DNA of 64,000 bases from Octopus sinensis (taxonomy: Eukaryota): the NCBI RefSeq assembly GCF_006345805.1, contig NC_043007.1, positions 13,950,001 through 14,014,000 on the forward strand, given 5' to 3'. How positions within the stretch are numbered: the first letter of the stretch is position 1; each line of letters begins with the position of its first letter. Of this stretch, positions 13,249 through 26,840 are shown piece after piece. The notes beneath the pieces are model-generated. The model saw only the letters and a list, made by a program, of their open reading frames with translations. It ran no database searches and was not told where the DNA came from. Both the position numbers and the translations under genes were made by a program.

Positions 13249-13636
13249 TGAACCTTATAGCAACAGGGGCTCAGGTCTTTACAACGAACTCCCCTTTCAT
13301 GGTATACTAGCAGTTGCTAACAACGAAACAACATACAGTGTGTGTGTGTGTGTGTTGAACACATGAAGTTGATGAAATTTTACATGCGCGCGGGAAAAAA
13401 AAAAATATGCGCGCACACACACAAGGAACAACAGAAAGGGGGAGTGACATTACCGAGATCGCGATACGGGCGCGAACACACGAACACAGTTGTGTGACAC
13501 GAGAAGAAAGGACGAAGAGGGGTGGTGGCAAGAGTGTATGAAAATAACGCGGGAGAGAGGGAGGAAGAGAGAGATAGAGGGAGAGAGATAGATAGGCAAG
13601 CCTGACACACGCACACAGATATATGAGTGACAGAGA

Positions 13637-13672
<36 letters not shown>

Positions 13673-14851
13673 CTATCTATACACACAGAAGGTGAACCAA
13701 AGTATTGACGAAGGAAAGAGGGGAGGGTCTTTATGTGGGTGTGTATGTGTGTGTACTGGCCGTTCGTTCGCCTATGTAAGCAAGCCTCTATGTATGTATG
13801 TAATTGTGTGTGTGTGTGTGTGAGTGAGAGAGAGAGAATCTCACGGACAGTAGGTAAATGGAACGAACGACCGAACAAGCAGTAGGCAAACAGCGAAAAA
13901 CTATATCTATCTAGAAGAGAGAGAGAGAGAGGGGCAGGACTTGAAAGACAACCACCACCACCACCACCACACAATTATCGCGGCTATACTACTATTACTA
14001 CTACTACTACTGCTGCCACGACGTTGAGACTCCACGTGAAAGAGATCATATCAAAGTAGGGAGAAACAATAAAGAAAGAAAAAAAAAAAAGCAACCTCCT
14101 TCCCCCCCCCCCACTTTTCAACATACACATTGACCACAGACAAAAGCAAATATTTCCCAACATAAATATACACACACACACACACACACGCACATAAACA
14201 TTGACACAATTATTATACACATACTTACATACATCCATACACACATACATACAAAGATTTCTTTCAGATTTCATGCATACAAACTAGTGTAAGATTTTTA
14301 CTGTGAGTTGGTTGGGCCTTGTGTGAAATATATGTACGTGTGTGTGTGTCACACAAGGGCCCTCCTCATCGCCTCACAGTAAATCCACACGCATCTGAAG
14401 TAATATCTAACACACACACACACACTTCATAAGTAACAAAAACAGGCCAGAATGAAGAGATTAAAATATTTTTGAAAGAATTAGTAGCACACACACACAC
14501 ACGCACATGTCACCGGTAATTATTCATTCCACGCACACATTTTCCTAAGACACACATGCTACGAGCAGAGTAAATTCTAACCAATTTTATTAGTTATATA
14601 TATATCTATATGTCCGTAGTGTCCAATATTAGTTATCTGGGGGCTTATAACTAACCATTGAAGATTTCCAACGGTAGGATCGAACCACAGGCGGGGTCGT
14701 TTTCCTTTCGATTATTATCTGTTTTCTTCTCCCTCTTTTCGATGTAAAAGAAAATACTTCAAGAATCGAATTAAATTGTTTTAATTCACCATCAAGAAGT
14801 AAATTCTGATAAAATACACATTCCTCGTTTATATAAACACACACGCACACG

Positions 14852-15020
14852 TTAGCAAGGTGCCGGAGACTATCGCATGTCAGATAGTGTATAGTTTTAT
14901 TATACGGCCTTGTGGTACGGTATTTGGTTTGGGCTCTTTACGTTCAGAGTTCGAATCCTACCGCGGTCAACTTTGTTTTGTTTTTTTTCTTATCTTTCTG
15001 ACGTCCATAAAATAAGGTAC
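14852..15020 (+). mobile_element. Old, degenerate family A SINE
   Basis: TTACGTTCAGAGTTCGAATCC...GGTCAACTTTG...ATAAAATAAGGTAC resembles the family A head and core. Confidence 0.55.
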
Positions 15021-15728
15021 AAGTTAATTATTACGGTAGGGGGAGAAAGTTTGGAGAAATATTTGGCTATTCCCTTAAACACACGCATATATATATAACA
15101 AATAATTTGTGTGGGAACTTTGGGTCAAATAGGATTAGCCCTAAGCATTGATAACATGCGATCGTGTCCCGCACCCTCCTCTAATCTTAATAGAAATGTA
15201 TGTGTGGAGTGTGTGAGCGGGTGTGAATGTGTGTGTGTGTTTAGGACAGACAAGTGTAAGTAAATTTTTTGGTGGAAGGTATGACAAGAGATGGAAATGA
15301 AATCGTCTCTGTGCCTTGTCGTACGTACAAATGATACAACACGCATGTGTATCTGTAAAAGCCAGCTTGTACAAATGAGCTCATTGCCCCACACACACAC
15401 ACACATAATCAGGGAGCGAGAAGGGGGGAGGCCAGCAGACACACAGACATTACGTAGAGAGCGAGCGAGAGAGAGATAGATAGATAGATAGAGAGAAAGT
15501 GGGATGGAGGGAGGGTTTTGGGGTTTTTTCGCACGGGGGGCGAAGTGGGAGTAAGGTGGCGATGGGGGGAAGGGTGTGACGACATACAACAACAAAAACA
15601 ACAGCAGCAGCAGCAACAACACCCTCCCCCCTCGAAAAAAATACCTGATGTGAAAAGAAAGGGGTTATACGTCGTCGCTTCTATCTTGTGAAATGTTACA
15701 AAGAAGGAGCCCTTTATGTGTGTATATA

Positions 15729-15759
<31 letters not shown>

Positions 15760-16130
15760 GGCGACAAGGAAGAGAATTAAAAGGAAAAACTACCCCCAAA
15801 ATACTGAAGAATTCGAGATTAATAGCTTTCAATATATATATATATTCCAATGTGGTGCGCGCGTGTATATATAGATTATATATATAAGATCTGAGAACAT
15901 AATCTTTTGTGGAGAATGGCGATTTGACGTCTATATCTAGCATGTTGACTGTCCACTTTTCGTGTTCAGTCCTTAATTGGTATATATATATATATATACT
16001 ACACACACACAGAGTGAAAGTGTGCGTGTGTTTATTATACATACATTCACACAGCGCAAGACTATATCGACACGAAACGTTCAGATAAATAGAAGGCTAA
16101 TAGTTTGGGTCCAGTTAGTTAAGAAATGTG

Positions 16131-16163
<33 letters not shown>

Positions 16164-19100
16164 GAGGATGTGTGAAGTGCTGAATATGTTTTCTCTTGGA
16201 GTTACAAAAATAAACAAAAAATAGCTGATGATTCCGTGGAGGTTCTGGTACCAAATATTTGCGACACAATAAAACTATGAAGCCGAATGCATGTGTTAAT
16301 CGTGTTATGAGGGGTTATAGATTTTTTTGTTTAATGCGAAGCGAGGAATTATAGTCCAATCTTTACTTTTATTTACCGTTTGCAAAGACCAAGGGAATAA
16401 ATGTTAAAAATATCTTATTTTCCAACTGCTAGACCCCGAAAATAAAACGGTAACTATTCAGAAGGAAGCAAGACAAACGGTATATTATACCATTATATTA
16501 GAATTCTCAAGAACTGCTAGACCAAAACAGACAGACACACACGCAAAAAATATGCTTTAGACACAGCAATGTTCTAACTAACCCCTTGTAAAGAATTCCA
16601 TTTCAAAAACTAAAAACGTGTATATACACCCACCCACGTGTGAGTATATTTATAAATAAAGAGAGAAAAAAAGCTGATGTTTATAAAGGATATCACAATT
16701 ATAGAACAATGAAATTCGCTGCATTCATGTATTTTTTTAGTAGAATCGGCAAATAAATAAATAAAAAATGTATTCTGTGCTTGTGAGAGAAAGAGCTGCG
16801 AACATCAGCGATTCGAAGAACTAAAAAACGAGAAGCGAGACACCAAAAAAGAAAAAAAACCCTGACTTCCTCTCCAAGAGAAATCTCTTTCTCTTTTCTC
16901 TCTTAAAACATTTACAGATGGCAAAAATTATTCTGTAATTATTAAGACTACTATTTACATAGTTAGAAATACCAGCGCTTAGGAAAAAAAAGACGATTCT
17001 TTGGGTCTTTATTATTATTATTATGTTTTTGGTTAGCATTTACGCAAAAAACATGAACAATGAAGAGAGAGATGAAATGAAATGAAATAAGCAGAATAAA
17101 TAAAAAACAACAGCTTTAGTTAATTTTCTTTTTTTCAATTTGGTTCCATAATAAAGAGACATTTAGAATCACAGTTACTCGGAGTATACAGAAGACAAAC
17201 CTGCAATGTGGTCTGTTTTAGCAGAATTTTTTTTTTGTTTGTTTGTTTTTTAATGAGACCATTTTTTTTAGAGCGTTAGAATGGAATTTACAACCGTAAA
17301 ACACACAACAGCATCATTATCAAGAATAAGTAGAAGAAGATACATTGGAGTCCACCTCGATGCCAGAAAAAGCACCAAGTTTTGAATACATTTTTTTGTC
17401 TTTTTTTTTTTTAAAGAAAAAATTAGTCTTCACAAACGTGTATGGAATAAGAGTAAAAGAGATGATCTTTTTTTTTTCTCTTTTCGTGGGGGGCGATGAT
17501 GCTTTCCTTTCTGTATATATGTGAGTTCCACCCAACAAAAGGAGAACTATATTGAATAACAGGGGAAAATGATAAAAAAATGAGGCCTACAAAAACATGA
17601 ATTTGCTCCGATATTATTGTAAAGATAGAGAGAGAGAGAGTGTGTGTGTGTGTGAAAATAAAAAGTAACAATTTCGGTAACAGAAAATGGGAAAGAAAAA
17701 AAGAAATATTATTTAAAAAAAAAAGCTTGAAAAAAAAAATACAGAGGGTATTTCCAAGGCACCTAATGTCTATAAATGGAAAACGGTAGTTGAGGGATAA
17801 TATTAAATTTTAACCTCGTTACTAGAAATACTTAAAGACCACGTGCGATGCCTAGCAGCGCCAGACAGAGAGTGTGTGGATTTAGTTGTAGGGTTGTGTT
17901 TGTGTGTGTGTGGATCTCTGATGGTTATGTGAGTGTGTGTCAGAAAAGGAGAGAGACAGAGAAGTATAGAGGGGGGAAAAAAGAGAAAGGTGGTGTTTTA
18001 ACAAAACCATATATATATTGTCATATATATATACAGAGAAGAGAGTAGACATTGCAACGAGGGTGTGAGAGAATATATAAATGATGTGTGTGTGTGAATT
18101 AAGTGACCAAACGATTACAAAAGACCATTAAAACATGATCCAGTTTGGTTGAAATACAATTTAGTCCATGTCGAATGTTTCACACACTTGACAGTAACGC
18201 GTGTATATGTATGTGTTGTGTGAGTGTGTGTGTGTATAATATATATATATATATATATATATACAGTGCAGGACCAGTGAATAAAGAATTATACAGCATG
18301 CGGGGGAGGGGCTAAACTAGGACATTATATATATACATATATATATATATACTGACTAGAAGAATAGTTGAATAATAGATTTTTAAAATATGTGAAGTTG
18401 AGGATGGAGTGTAATAAAAAAGCAGAGACGAACCAACAACACACGAGACTTAACCACAGAAAATACACACAAAACATAATTTACATATAACTATGTAAAT
18501 AATTTATATGTTATATATATATGTATATACACTCACATAGGCAATATGAAGAGGGATCGGAATATAAATAATGGTAACACAGAGGGATAAGGGTTAGGCC
18601 TGAGTAGATGAGAAATATATTTTTTTAAATGTTATATTAGGGAGTCAGGAAAAATGCTATGTTACGACAGTACACACACGCACATTGCTCATATAATATA
18701 CATTGTGTGTGTATAACAACAAAACACGTAATGTTATAGAGATTGGACTTTTCATTTATGTACATCGGGGGGAGTACAGCATGGTTTCCCCCCTAACATG
18801 ACGATCAGAAGTATTAGTAGTAGTAATATATTTACCCTTCTATTTTAAGTAACAAAGCAGAAATAGAGGAGTGTGTAGAAAGACAGCACTATTGGGTTAT
18901 ATATCTCACATGGTTCTGTGTCTTACAAACAATATACACATTACCATCTAATAACATTTGTTTATACAGTTTTAAGTACATGAATTCATGTAAAACATAC
19001 ATATATATTATGTGTGTTGTGTTGTTTTTTTTCTCTCATTAACGATCGTAAATAGTATTTCATTAATGTACAAGCGTGTGTTTAATGAATGAGAGAGAAG

Positions 19101-20013
19101 CAGAAAATATATATATATACCAAAATAGATGCGTGTGCGTGTATATATAAAGTGGAAGATAGAGTGAAACAGAGAACGAGAGACAAAATTCACAGAGAAA
19201 TATATATGTAAATATATGTGTAAATATATTTGTAAATGCGAGGGAAGAGTAATGAAGCAGAAATATATGTTTATGTGAAGAAAAGAGGAAAAAAAAAGAC
19301 AAGTGTATGTATGGAAAGAGTGATAGAGTAAGACCGATGTGTGGTGATTATGTGATGGAAAGAGTAAAAGAGAACAAGAATTATAAATGTATATATACGT
19401 GTGTAAGTGTGTGTGTGTGTGTATGAATGAGAGAGAAATAAAACTCGATGTGTGTGAACGAGTAATTTGTAAGTGTATATATGTATATATGTGAATGAGG
19501 GTGGGAAAGGAATTAGATAGAGTAATATGTGAATGGGGGTGAGAGAGAGAAAGAAATTAAGAAAGATGTGTGTATATAAACGAAAAGGAGAGAGAGAGAA
19601 ATAAAGATTGTGTATGTGTGTGTGTGCATGCATGTGCTTCGTATGCTGTAACAGTTGCAGTTGTGAAGCTAACATAGTGTGGCCATAGTTGCCGTCCACC
19701 CTTCTCTGACCAGAGGGAGGTGGCGGTCACACACACGCAAGTGGAGATCTATGTAGGATCAGAAGGAATGACGCGAAAGTGTCGACTAATATGTAATGTA
19801 TAATAATACAGGAGGGTGATGTAGCATCGACATTGAATAACAATATTGGGAAAACACATTTATGTACATTAAAAAGGAAAAAAAGGCAGGGATAGAGAGA
19901 GAGATGGAAAGATAGAAAAAAGAAAAAAAGGAGAGAAACAGAGAGAGATGTAAGAATATTCGGACAAGACAGTGCCCAAGAATATAATAGTACTAGCGAC
20001 AACAGGTACTTAC

Positions 20014-20065
20014 ATGAGTCAATGGTTTTCCTTTGCTGTGGTTTGCCCTGTTTCCTCCGAGACAT
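20014..20065 (-). CDS. BCL11: BCL11 first coding exon (MSRRKQGKPQQRKTIDS + 1 nt), N-terminal NuRD/RBBP4-binding motif
   Basis: Minus strand reads GGCAAC ATG TCT CGG AGG AAA CAG GGC AAA CCA CAG CAA AGG AAA ACC ATT GAC TCA T|GTAAGT. The first 10 residues match human BCL11A MSRRKQGKPQ; the 52-nt exon ends at a phase-1 consensus donor (20013-20008), like the short phase-1 exon 1 of vertebrate BCL11A. Confidence 0.92.
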
Positions 20066-20108
20066 GTTGCCAGACAGCTTCTAAAATATCTCGATCCGGA
20101 CGACGGCT

Positions 20109-20162
20109 TTACATCTGGACAAAGAATAACAAGTAAGATGGCCGCGGTGTCTGCTGAATCAT
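20109..20162 (-). promoter_or_regulatory. Upstream ORF (17 codons, MIQQTPRPSYLLFFVQM*) in the putative BCL11 5' UTR
   Basis: ATG at 20162-20160, TAA at 20111-20109, 43 nt before the main ATG; contains an internal ATG-TAA mini-uORF. It is a uORF only if the TSS lies upstream of 20162 and no intron removes it. Confidence 0.5.
20135..20145 (+). promoter_or_regulatory. YY1-like motif (AAGATGGCCGC) near the BCL11 start
   Basis: Close match to the YY1 consensus AAGATGGCGGC, ~75 nt upstream of the ATG in a CpG-rich segment. Confidence 0.35.
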
Positions 20163-20281
20163 GGGAAACTTTTCCCCCCGAGCACCTGCTGTGCGGCTCG
20201 CACTCCTTTCTTCTCTCTAGTCCCAGGTCACGAACTGTCTGGCCACTACGGTTCACCGAAGGTCACTCACTCTACCTCTTG

Positions 20282-20372
20282 ACGAGAGAGAGAGACAGAG
20301 AGAGAGACAGAGGGAGAGACAGAGGGAGAGAGAAGAAAAAATAAGGGAAGAGAGAAAGAGAAAGAGAGAGAG
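20282..20372. promoter_or_regulatory. GA/CT-rich tract in the putative BCL11 promoter or 5' leader
   Basis: (GA)n/GAGACA repeats directly upstream of exon 1 on the minus strand; function is inferred only. Confidence 0.3.
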
Positions 20373-20511
20373 ATTTCTCTCGTTATTTTTCCCCCCCAGG
20401 TCAGCAAGGATAGGAATGGAAGTTTGATGGGGCCCAGGCAGCAGTGCCCCCTCCTTCATATGCATATATACACACGCACGCACTCACACACACACACCAA
20501 CATGTGTATAA

Positions 20512-20563
<52 letters not shown>

Positions 20564-22542
20564 CAGAGAGAGAGAGAGAGGGAGAGAGAGAAGAATGTAT
20601 AGACACACACGACACACACCCCGATTTCCCCCCCTTATTATTCTTCACAATGGACAGTACATAAATATATATGTATATATGCGTGTGTGTTTGCGTGCGC
20701 GTATATATATTTGTGAGTGTGTGTATACAATTATATACGTAGATAGATATCCTTTTTTTCTTCTTTCTTCCTTTAATTCCTTTTCGTGATGGTAAATATA
20801 TCTCCTTCTTGGTTGTCGACGTCTCCTTGTAGGATGTATATAACAGTAAGTATGTATATTTACATATATATATACATATAATATATATCGATATACGTTT
20901 GTGTGTGTGTGTGTGTGCTCGTATCTGTGTATATATATATGTATATCAGTAAACTTTTTCCATCGCCATGTGACAAGCACAACACAACAACAACAACAAG
21001 TTTTGTGTTTTTTTTTTTTCTTTCTCTTTCTTTCACAAAAAAAAAAATGACTTTAAAAAAAGTGAACGGGTCCTTCAAGTATGGAAACGATAACCACAAC
21101 AGCCGCCGAATAAAATCGGGTCGAGTGAAGACGAACCACGGCGAGAAATAAAGAGACAGACAGACAGACACAGAGAGAGAAGAAGAAGAAGAAGGAAGGA
21201 AAAAAAAAAAAGTTGAAGCGAGCCAGGAGTACGGTTCAAAGTTGTGAGGGTCGTACAGCCACAGCCGTCACTGGCAGAAAAGAGAGTTTGGTGCCAATAC
21301 TACTACTGTTAAACGATCGATCTTTGATATGCTCGCATAGATCTCTTGTTGTTACTGGTGCTAATGTCGATGATGATGATGATACGGTGCTTTGGTTATT
21401 GTTTATTTTTTGTTGTAATTACATATATATATATATATATACATATATATATGTATATATATATATATATTGTATCTATATTTATATATCTATATAATAT
21501 AGGTACATGGGTGTATATTTTGTGTAGGGTTTCATATATGTGTGTGCGTGTGTATATATGTGTGTGTGTATATTTGTATATATATATATTGTGTATAGAA
21601 TATGTTCTTATCTTTTCTTGCTTTTTTTTTTTTTGCTTTTCTTTCTTCTTTATCCAGTTTTTTCCATTAAAAAAAAACTGGCCGCTTAAAAGCCGTCAGC
21701 ACGCCCTGAGAAGCGGCGGTCAACTGGAGTGAGGTGGACCGTACTGATGGTTGAGGCAAATGACCTTCCCGCCCGGTACAGTCTATTCCTGACAGAGGGG
21801 TGGAAGCTTCTTTCTGCACAGTTGCCGCCTCTGGCTAGTTTTTAGCAAAAAATTAAACGATTTTGTTCTTCACGGCGAAAAAGAGGAAGTGTAAATGTTT
21901 TTTCTCCATATCATCTTTTTACTTTCACGCTTCTATTTTGGAATTTACCGATCCATTTGTATTGTTCTTCCTGGTTTTAGAGGGGATTTTTTTCCTACAT
22001 CCTTTTCTTGTCCCCTTTTTTAGCGTTTCAACTGGCTATTTTGGTATTTTTACTCCCTTTTTTTTTATTTTCTTTAATTCCCCTTTCTTTTTTTTTATAT
22101 ATATATATTTTTTTGTACTTTTCACATCTTTCCTTTCTCCCTCTTTTCTCTTTCTCTCTCTCTGTCTCTCTCTCTCCCTCACTGTCTTTCCGTCTATCAC
22201 ATTCTCTCTTTCGGTTCCCCTCACACACAGAAAATTTCTTCCTTCCTCCTTATTCCTCTCTTTCTCTTTCAAGGAGTCCTTAGTTCCCACTGTCAGAAGT
22301 TCTTCCACATCCCTCCCTCTCTCCTTCTCTCTCTCTCTCTCTCTCTCTCTGTCCCTTTTATATCATCCCTTATTTGCTTGATTCCTTTCTTCCTTTTACA
22401 CCAAAATTTGTTATACACGCAACATCCTCTTCTCTTATTAGCACTCATCAATATATATACATATACATACATACATACATACATACACACACTATATATA
22501 TGTGTATATATATTATATATATATATATATATATGTATATAT

Positions 22543-22573
<31 letters not shown>

Positions 22574-22688
22574 CTTTCGTTGTTACTTCCTGCTCAGTAT
22601 TGTGTCTCCGTATTTCTCATAACTTTACATTTCTTAGCTTCGGTAAAATCCCTTAAAAATATTTCTGCTTATATATGTATACATACAT

Positions 22689-22742
<54 letters not shown>

Positions 22743-23034
22743 ATATATGTATATGTATTATATATATATGACAAGAAATGTATGTTTATAAAAATTTATA
22801 TAAATATATATATTACATGTTTCTTGCTTGTTCGCTTTGATGTTGTTGCTGTTATGTTGTTAGTTGTTGTGGTTGTTGTAGTAGTAGTAGTAGTAGCAGT
22901 AGTAGCTGTTGTTGTTGTTGTTGTTGATGTGAATTGTTTCTGTTTTTGATAATATTTTTCTGTCTTCGAAACACGCACAACACACACCCTCGGACGAACG
23001 TACGTACGTACGAACGAACGAAGTTCTGCTGGAC

Positions 23035-23094
<60 letters not shown>

Positions 23095-23175
23095 TATATA
23101 TATATTTTTTTTTTAAATGGGAAAAACGGGGAGAGAGAAGAAAAAAAATTAATAATAATAATAATAATAAAAATA

Positions 23176-23275
23176 NNNNNNNNNNNNNNNNNNNNNNNNN
23201 NNNNNNNNNNNNNNNNNNNNNNNNNNNNNNNNNNNNNNNNNNNNNNNNNNNNNNNNNNNNNNNNNNNNNNNNNNN
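23176..23275. other. Assembly gap (exactly 100 N, conventional unknown-size scaffold join)
   Basis: Run of 100 N flanked by (TAA)n on the left and a duplicated SINE fragment on the right. Confidence 0.99.
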
Positions 23276-23392
23276 GTGCTTTTTACGTGCCACCGGCACA
23301 GGTGCCAGACAGGGCTGGCAAACGGCCACAGACGGATGGTGCTTTTTACGTGCCACCGGCACGGGGGCCAGGCCAGGCCAGGCTGGCAATGG
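23276..23392. mobile_element. Locally duplicated RTE-type SINE fragment at the contig end
   Basis: GTGCTTTTTACGTGCCACCGGCAC occurs twice (23276 and ~23339). Confidence 0.6.
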
Positions 23393-23964
23393 CATGCATA
23401 AATACTTTTACAGCAAGCTTCCTCACAGTTTCCATCTACCAAATTTACTGTCAAAGCATTGGTTGTGTCCTGCCCATGTCGTCAAGGAATTTGATGTGGG
23501 TTTATTTAAGATTCCAAATGCTAGGCGGGGGTAACCTCACTGTGTTTCTTTTTTGCTGCCAACACTTTGGATTCCATGAAAGTTATGCTTCTTATCTCTT
23601 GTGGCTTCATCCAAAACTGATAAAAAACAGATTATCAATTTGAACTTAGCAGTTTCGTATAATTAAATTGGCTCCAACCCCTGGCCCTGTTTGTGTGGTT
23701 GTGCTTAGGCACGCTTACTCCAACAACGAGGACTCTTCTGCCAATGTGTGGGCTTCAACATAGATTATTAACTTGCTAAAAATAGCAGCTGCAAGTTCTT
23801 CAAGCCAAATCTTACCTACCAACTCTACTTATAAATGATTGCTTTGAGTTGACCATTCCAGAAAAAAAATAACACATTGTCTGGAGTATGTTATTCCAGA
23901 AGTATAGAGGGTATTGGTCATGGATGGAACCATCACTACCACCATTGTTTTTTTCTTTTTTTTC

Positions 23965-24000
<36 letters not shown>

Positions 24001-24247
24001 ATATTTGGTTTAGTCTGGAAGACATAGTTGTTCCTAAGACCATCGCAAGCTCTTCAAAACCAGTAAAACGAATGTGATTGATATTTTTAATCCTTTTCTG
24101 ACCATATTTCTGTTGGAATGCACTAGCCTTCATTTTTATTATTTTGGGGAATAACAAAGAATTTATGAAAATCACTTTGCCATCATTAAGCTGGAGTTTG
24201 GCATATAAATTAACATGGAATTTTAAAAGGTTTTAATTTACATATCT

Positions 24248-24452
24248 TTAACCTTTCAGCATTCAAATTACTCTCTCAAATTTAATGCTTATTTCTTCAC
24301 ATTTAATTCTTATTTCTTCACATGGCTTGAGATTTTGAGATTTTAGAATGACATTATGAGGCAGGTGTAAGAGGCCAGATCTGGCCAGTTTGAACATACA
24401 GCAGGTAGAATATTTTGGCCAAATTTAGCCAGTTTAAGGGCTATGGGGTTAA
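24248..24452 (+). mobile_element. piggyBac-like MITE (second family)
   Basis: TTAACCTTTCAGCATT ... GGGGTTAA termini with TTAA at both ends. Confidence 0.7.
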
Positions 24453-24474
24453 AACAGGGTAGTTTTTGTAGTAT

Positions 24475-24886
24475 TTATTTCTTTATTGCCCACAGGGGCT
24501 AAACATAGGGGACAAACAAGGACAAAGGGATTAAATAGATTACATCAACCCCAGTGCATAACTGGTACTTAAAAATTAATCGACCCCGAAAGGATGAAAG
24601 GCAGAGTCGACCTCGGCGGAATTTGAACTCAGAACGTAGCGGCAAACAAAATACCTATTTCTTTACTACCCACAAGGGGCTAAACAGAGAGGGGACAAAC
24701 AAGGACAGACAAACGGATTAAGTCGGTTATATCAACCCCAGTGCGTAACTGGTACTTATTTAATCGACCCCGAAAGAATGAAAGGCAAAGTCAACCTCGG
24801 CGGAATTCGAACTCCGAATGTAACGTCAGACGAAATACCACTAAGCATTTCGCCCGGTGTGCTAACATTTCTGCCAGCTTGCCACC
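24475..24886 (-). mobile_element. Two head-to-tail family A SINEs
   Basis: Two consecutive reverse copies (24475-24654 and 24655-24886), each with CGACCCCGAAAGGATGAAAGGC and a GAATTTGAACTC-type B box. Confidence 0.9.
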
Positions 24887-26243
24887 CTGTAGTTTTTGCT
24901 GTATTGAACAAAGGGTGGTCTCAAGTTGGTCAGTGCCAAAAGGGTTAAACAGCGGCAAATGTTTGCTCTCTCAAATATGACCTGGGACTAAACTGCATTA
25001 TATTCTAGCAATGCTAATAATGTACGTAAAAGGAATAAAAAAAAAAATTTTTTAAACCGTAAAACAACAAAAATAGTATTAGTCAATGGTATTTATTGAG
25101 TTTCTTTTGCGAGTCAGTGATGTTGGAGATAGATTTTTAACTAGTTTTCTCTCAAAGTCCCTTAAATCTAATTAAAACTTGCTGACACCCACTTTTATCC
25201 TACAAATCTTACAAGCACTTAATCATCTCTTTTCACAGGTGAAATTTTAAGAAACGCTTTTGTTATTCTAGTCCTTTTGCCTCTCTGTGTGTGTGTGTTG
25301 TGTGTGTGTGTTGGTGTCTGTGTATGCTGGTGTGTTTGTGTCGGTGTGCATTTTTGTGTGTGTGTGTGTGTCCTCCTACCACCTTTCGTGTCTCTCCACC
25401 CTCGCCACCCTCTTCTCACTTGTATCAACACCTTTTCCCAATCTATTTGCATTGCTGAAGAATTTACTTCTTTCTTTTCACCAAACTGTCGTTATCTCTC
25501 ACACCTTTTGTTTTATTATGCACCACTGATGCTAGTGTTGATGATAATAATAGCAGCAGCAACAGCAAACTCCAAGACTTCTCTTTCTTCAAGTTCCATC
25601 AGTATTAGCACCATAAAGTTTTTTTAAAACGGTTTTTGATGTTCGAAAAATTTAGAATTTTTTGTTCGTTTGCTGAGGGTTTTTTTTTTTATATTTTCTC
25701 AAGTAATTTAGTAACCTTCGCTTGTCTTAGTCAAAAAAAAATCTTTCTTTGGTGTGTTTTAATTATTCAACATAGACCAACTCAATACTCCATGTTTTCT
25801 CTCTCTCTCTTTCTCTCTCTGTCTCTCTTCTCTTTCGTTTATGATGTCTCTCTTTCTGTCTCTTGAACCCCTCTGCCATGCTGCAGAGTACCAAATCAAC
25901 CGCAGTACTTATTTCAAGTTTAATACATATCCTATTGGCCTCTTTTGCCAAACTGCTAAGTTATGGGGATGTTAACAAACCAACACCAGTTATCAGGTGG
26001 TGATGGGAAGAGGGTACCAATCACAGACACATGCATTTCATATATATGATGTTTGTGTGTGTATGTATACACATCTCATGTATATATGCACATATGTATA
26101 TACACACATGCACACACATACAATATGCTTATATACAGTTTCCATCTAGCATTAATTGACCCTGGGCTACAGTAAAAGACAAGATATGATGTGAGCAACA
26201 TGCCAGGCTAATAATAAATTACATTATTGGATAAGTATTCTAG

Positions 26244-26285
<42 letters not shown>

Positions 26286-26461
26286 GAAGTATAAGGAAAG
26301 AAAAAATTGTAGGTGTGGACAAACTTTAATTCTGGTCCAGTTTTTTCCTTTTATTTCATTTATTGTTTTTGCAAATGCTGAATATTATATATATTCTTTA
26401 CTCAGGCTGTACCGGCGGACTTGGATGTTTGACATCCCTATGAAAGATTTTGGTCCTCACC

Positions 26462-26504
<43 letters not shown>

Positions 26505-26704
26505 TAATATGAAGGGTGAAATTAATTAATTTGGAATAATTATCAATTACACCAAGTAGTCTTCGGCATGTAAAAGCCTCATTCGAGGAAAATTTAAGTA
26601 ATACTAAGCAATAAGGGTTTAGCAACGAATTGCCTTACCACATACCGAATTTAGAAATAGCAGTCAAAGGGTTATAGCTATTTCTTCTACATATATATAT
26701 GTTC

Positions 26705-26840
26705 AAGGGCATCCAGCTGTAGAAAAATTGCCAGATCAGATTGGAGCCTGGTGCAGCCACTGGCTCTCCAGACCTCAGTCAAACCGTCCAATCCATGCCA
26801 GCATGGAAAACGGACGTTAAACGACGATGGTGATGATGAT
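26705..26840 (+). mobile_element. 3' end of an RTE-type SINE/LINE with a GAT-repeat tail
   Basis: AAGGGCATCCAGCTGTAGAAA ... CCATGCCAGCATGGAAAACGGACGTTAAACGACGATGGTGATGATGAT. Confidence 0.7.

Noticed and set aside
19727-20013. Continuation of the 112-aa MSRRKQ ORF beyond codon 17
   Set aside because: It reads through a consensus GTAAGT donor into low-complexity intron sequence with no BCL11 similarity.
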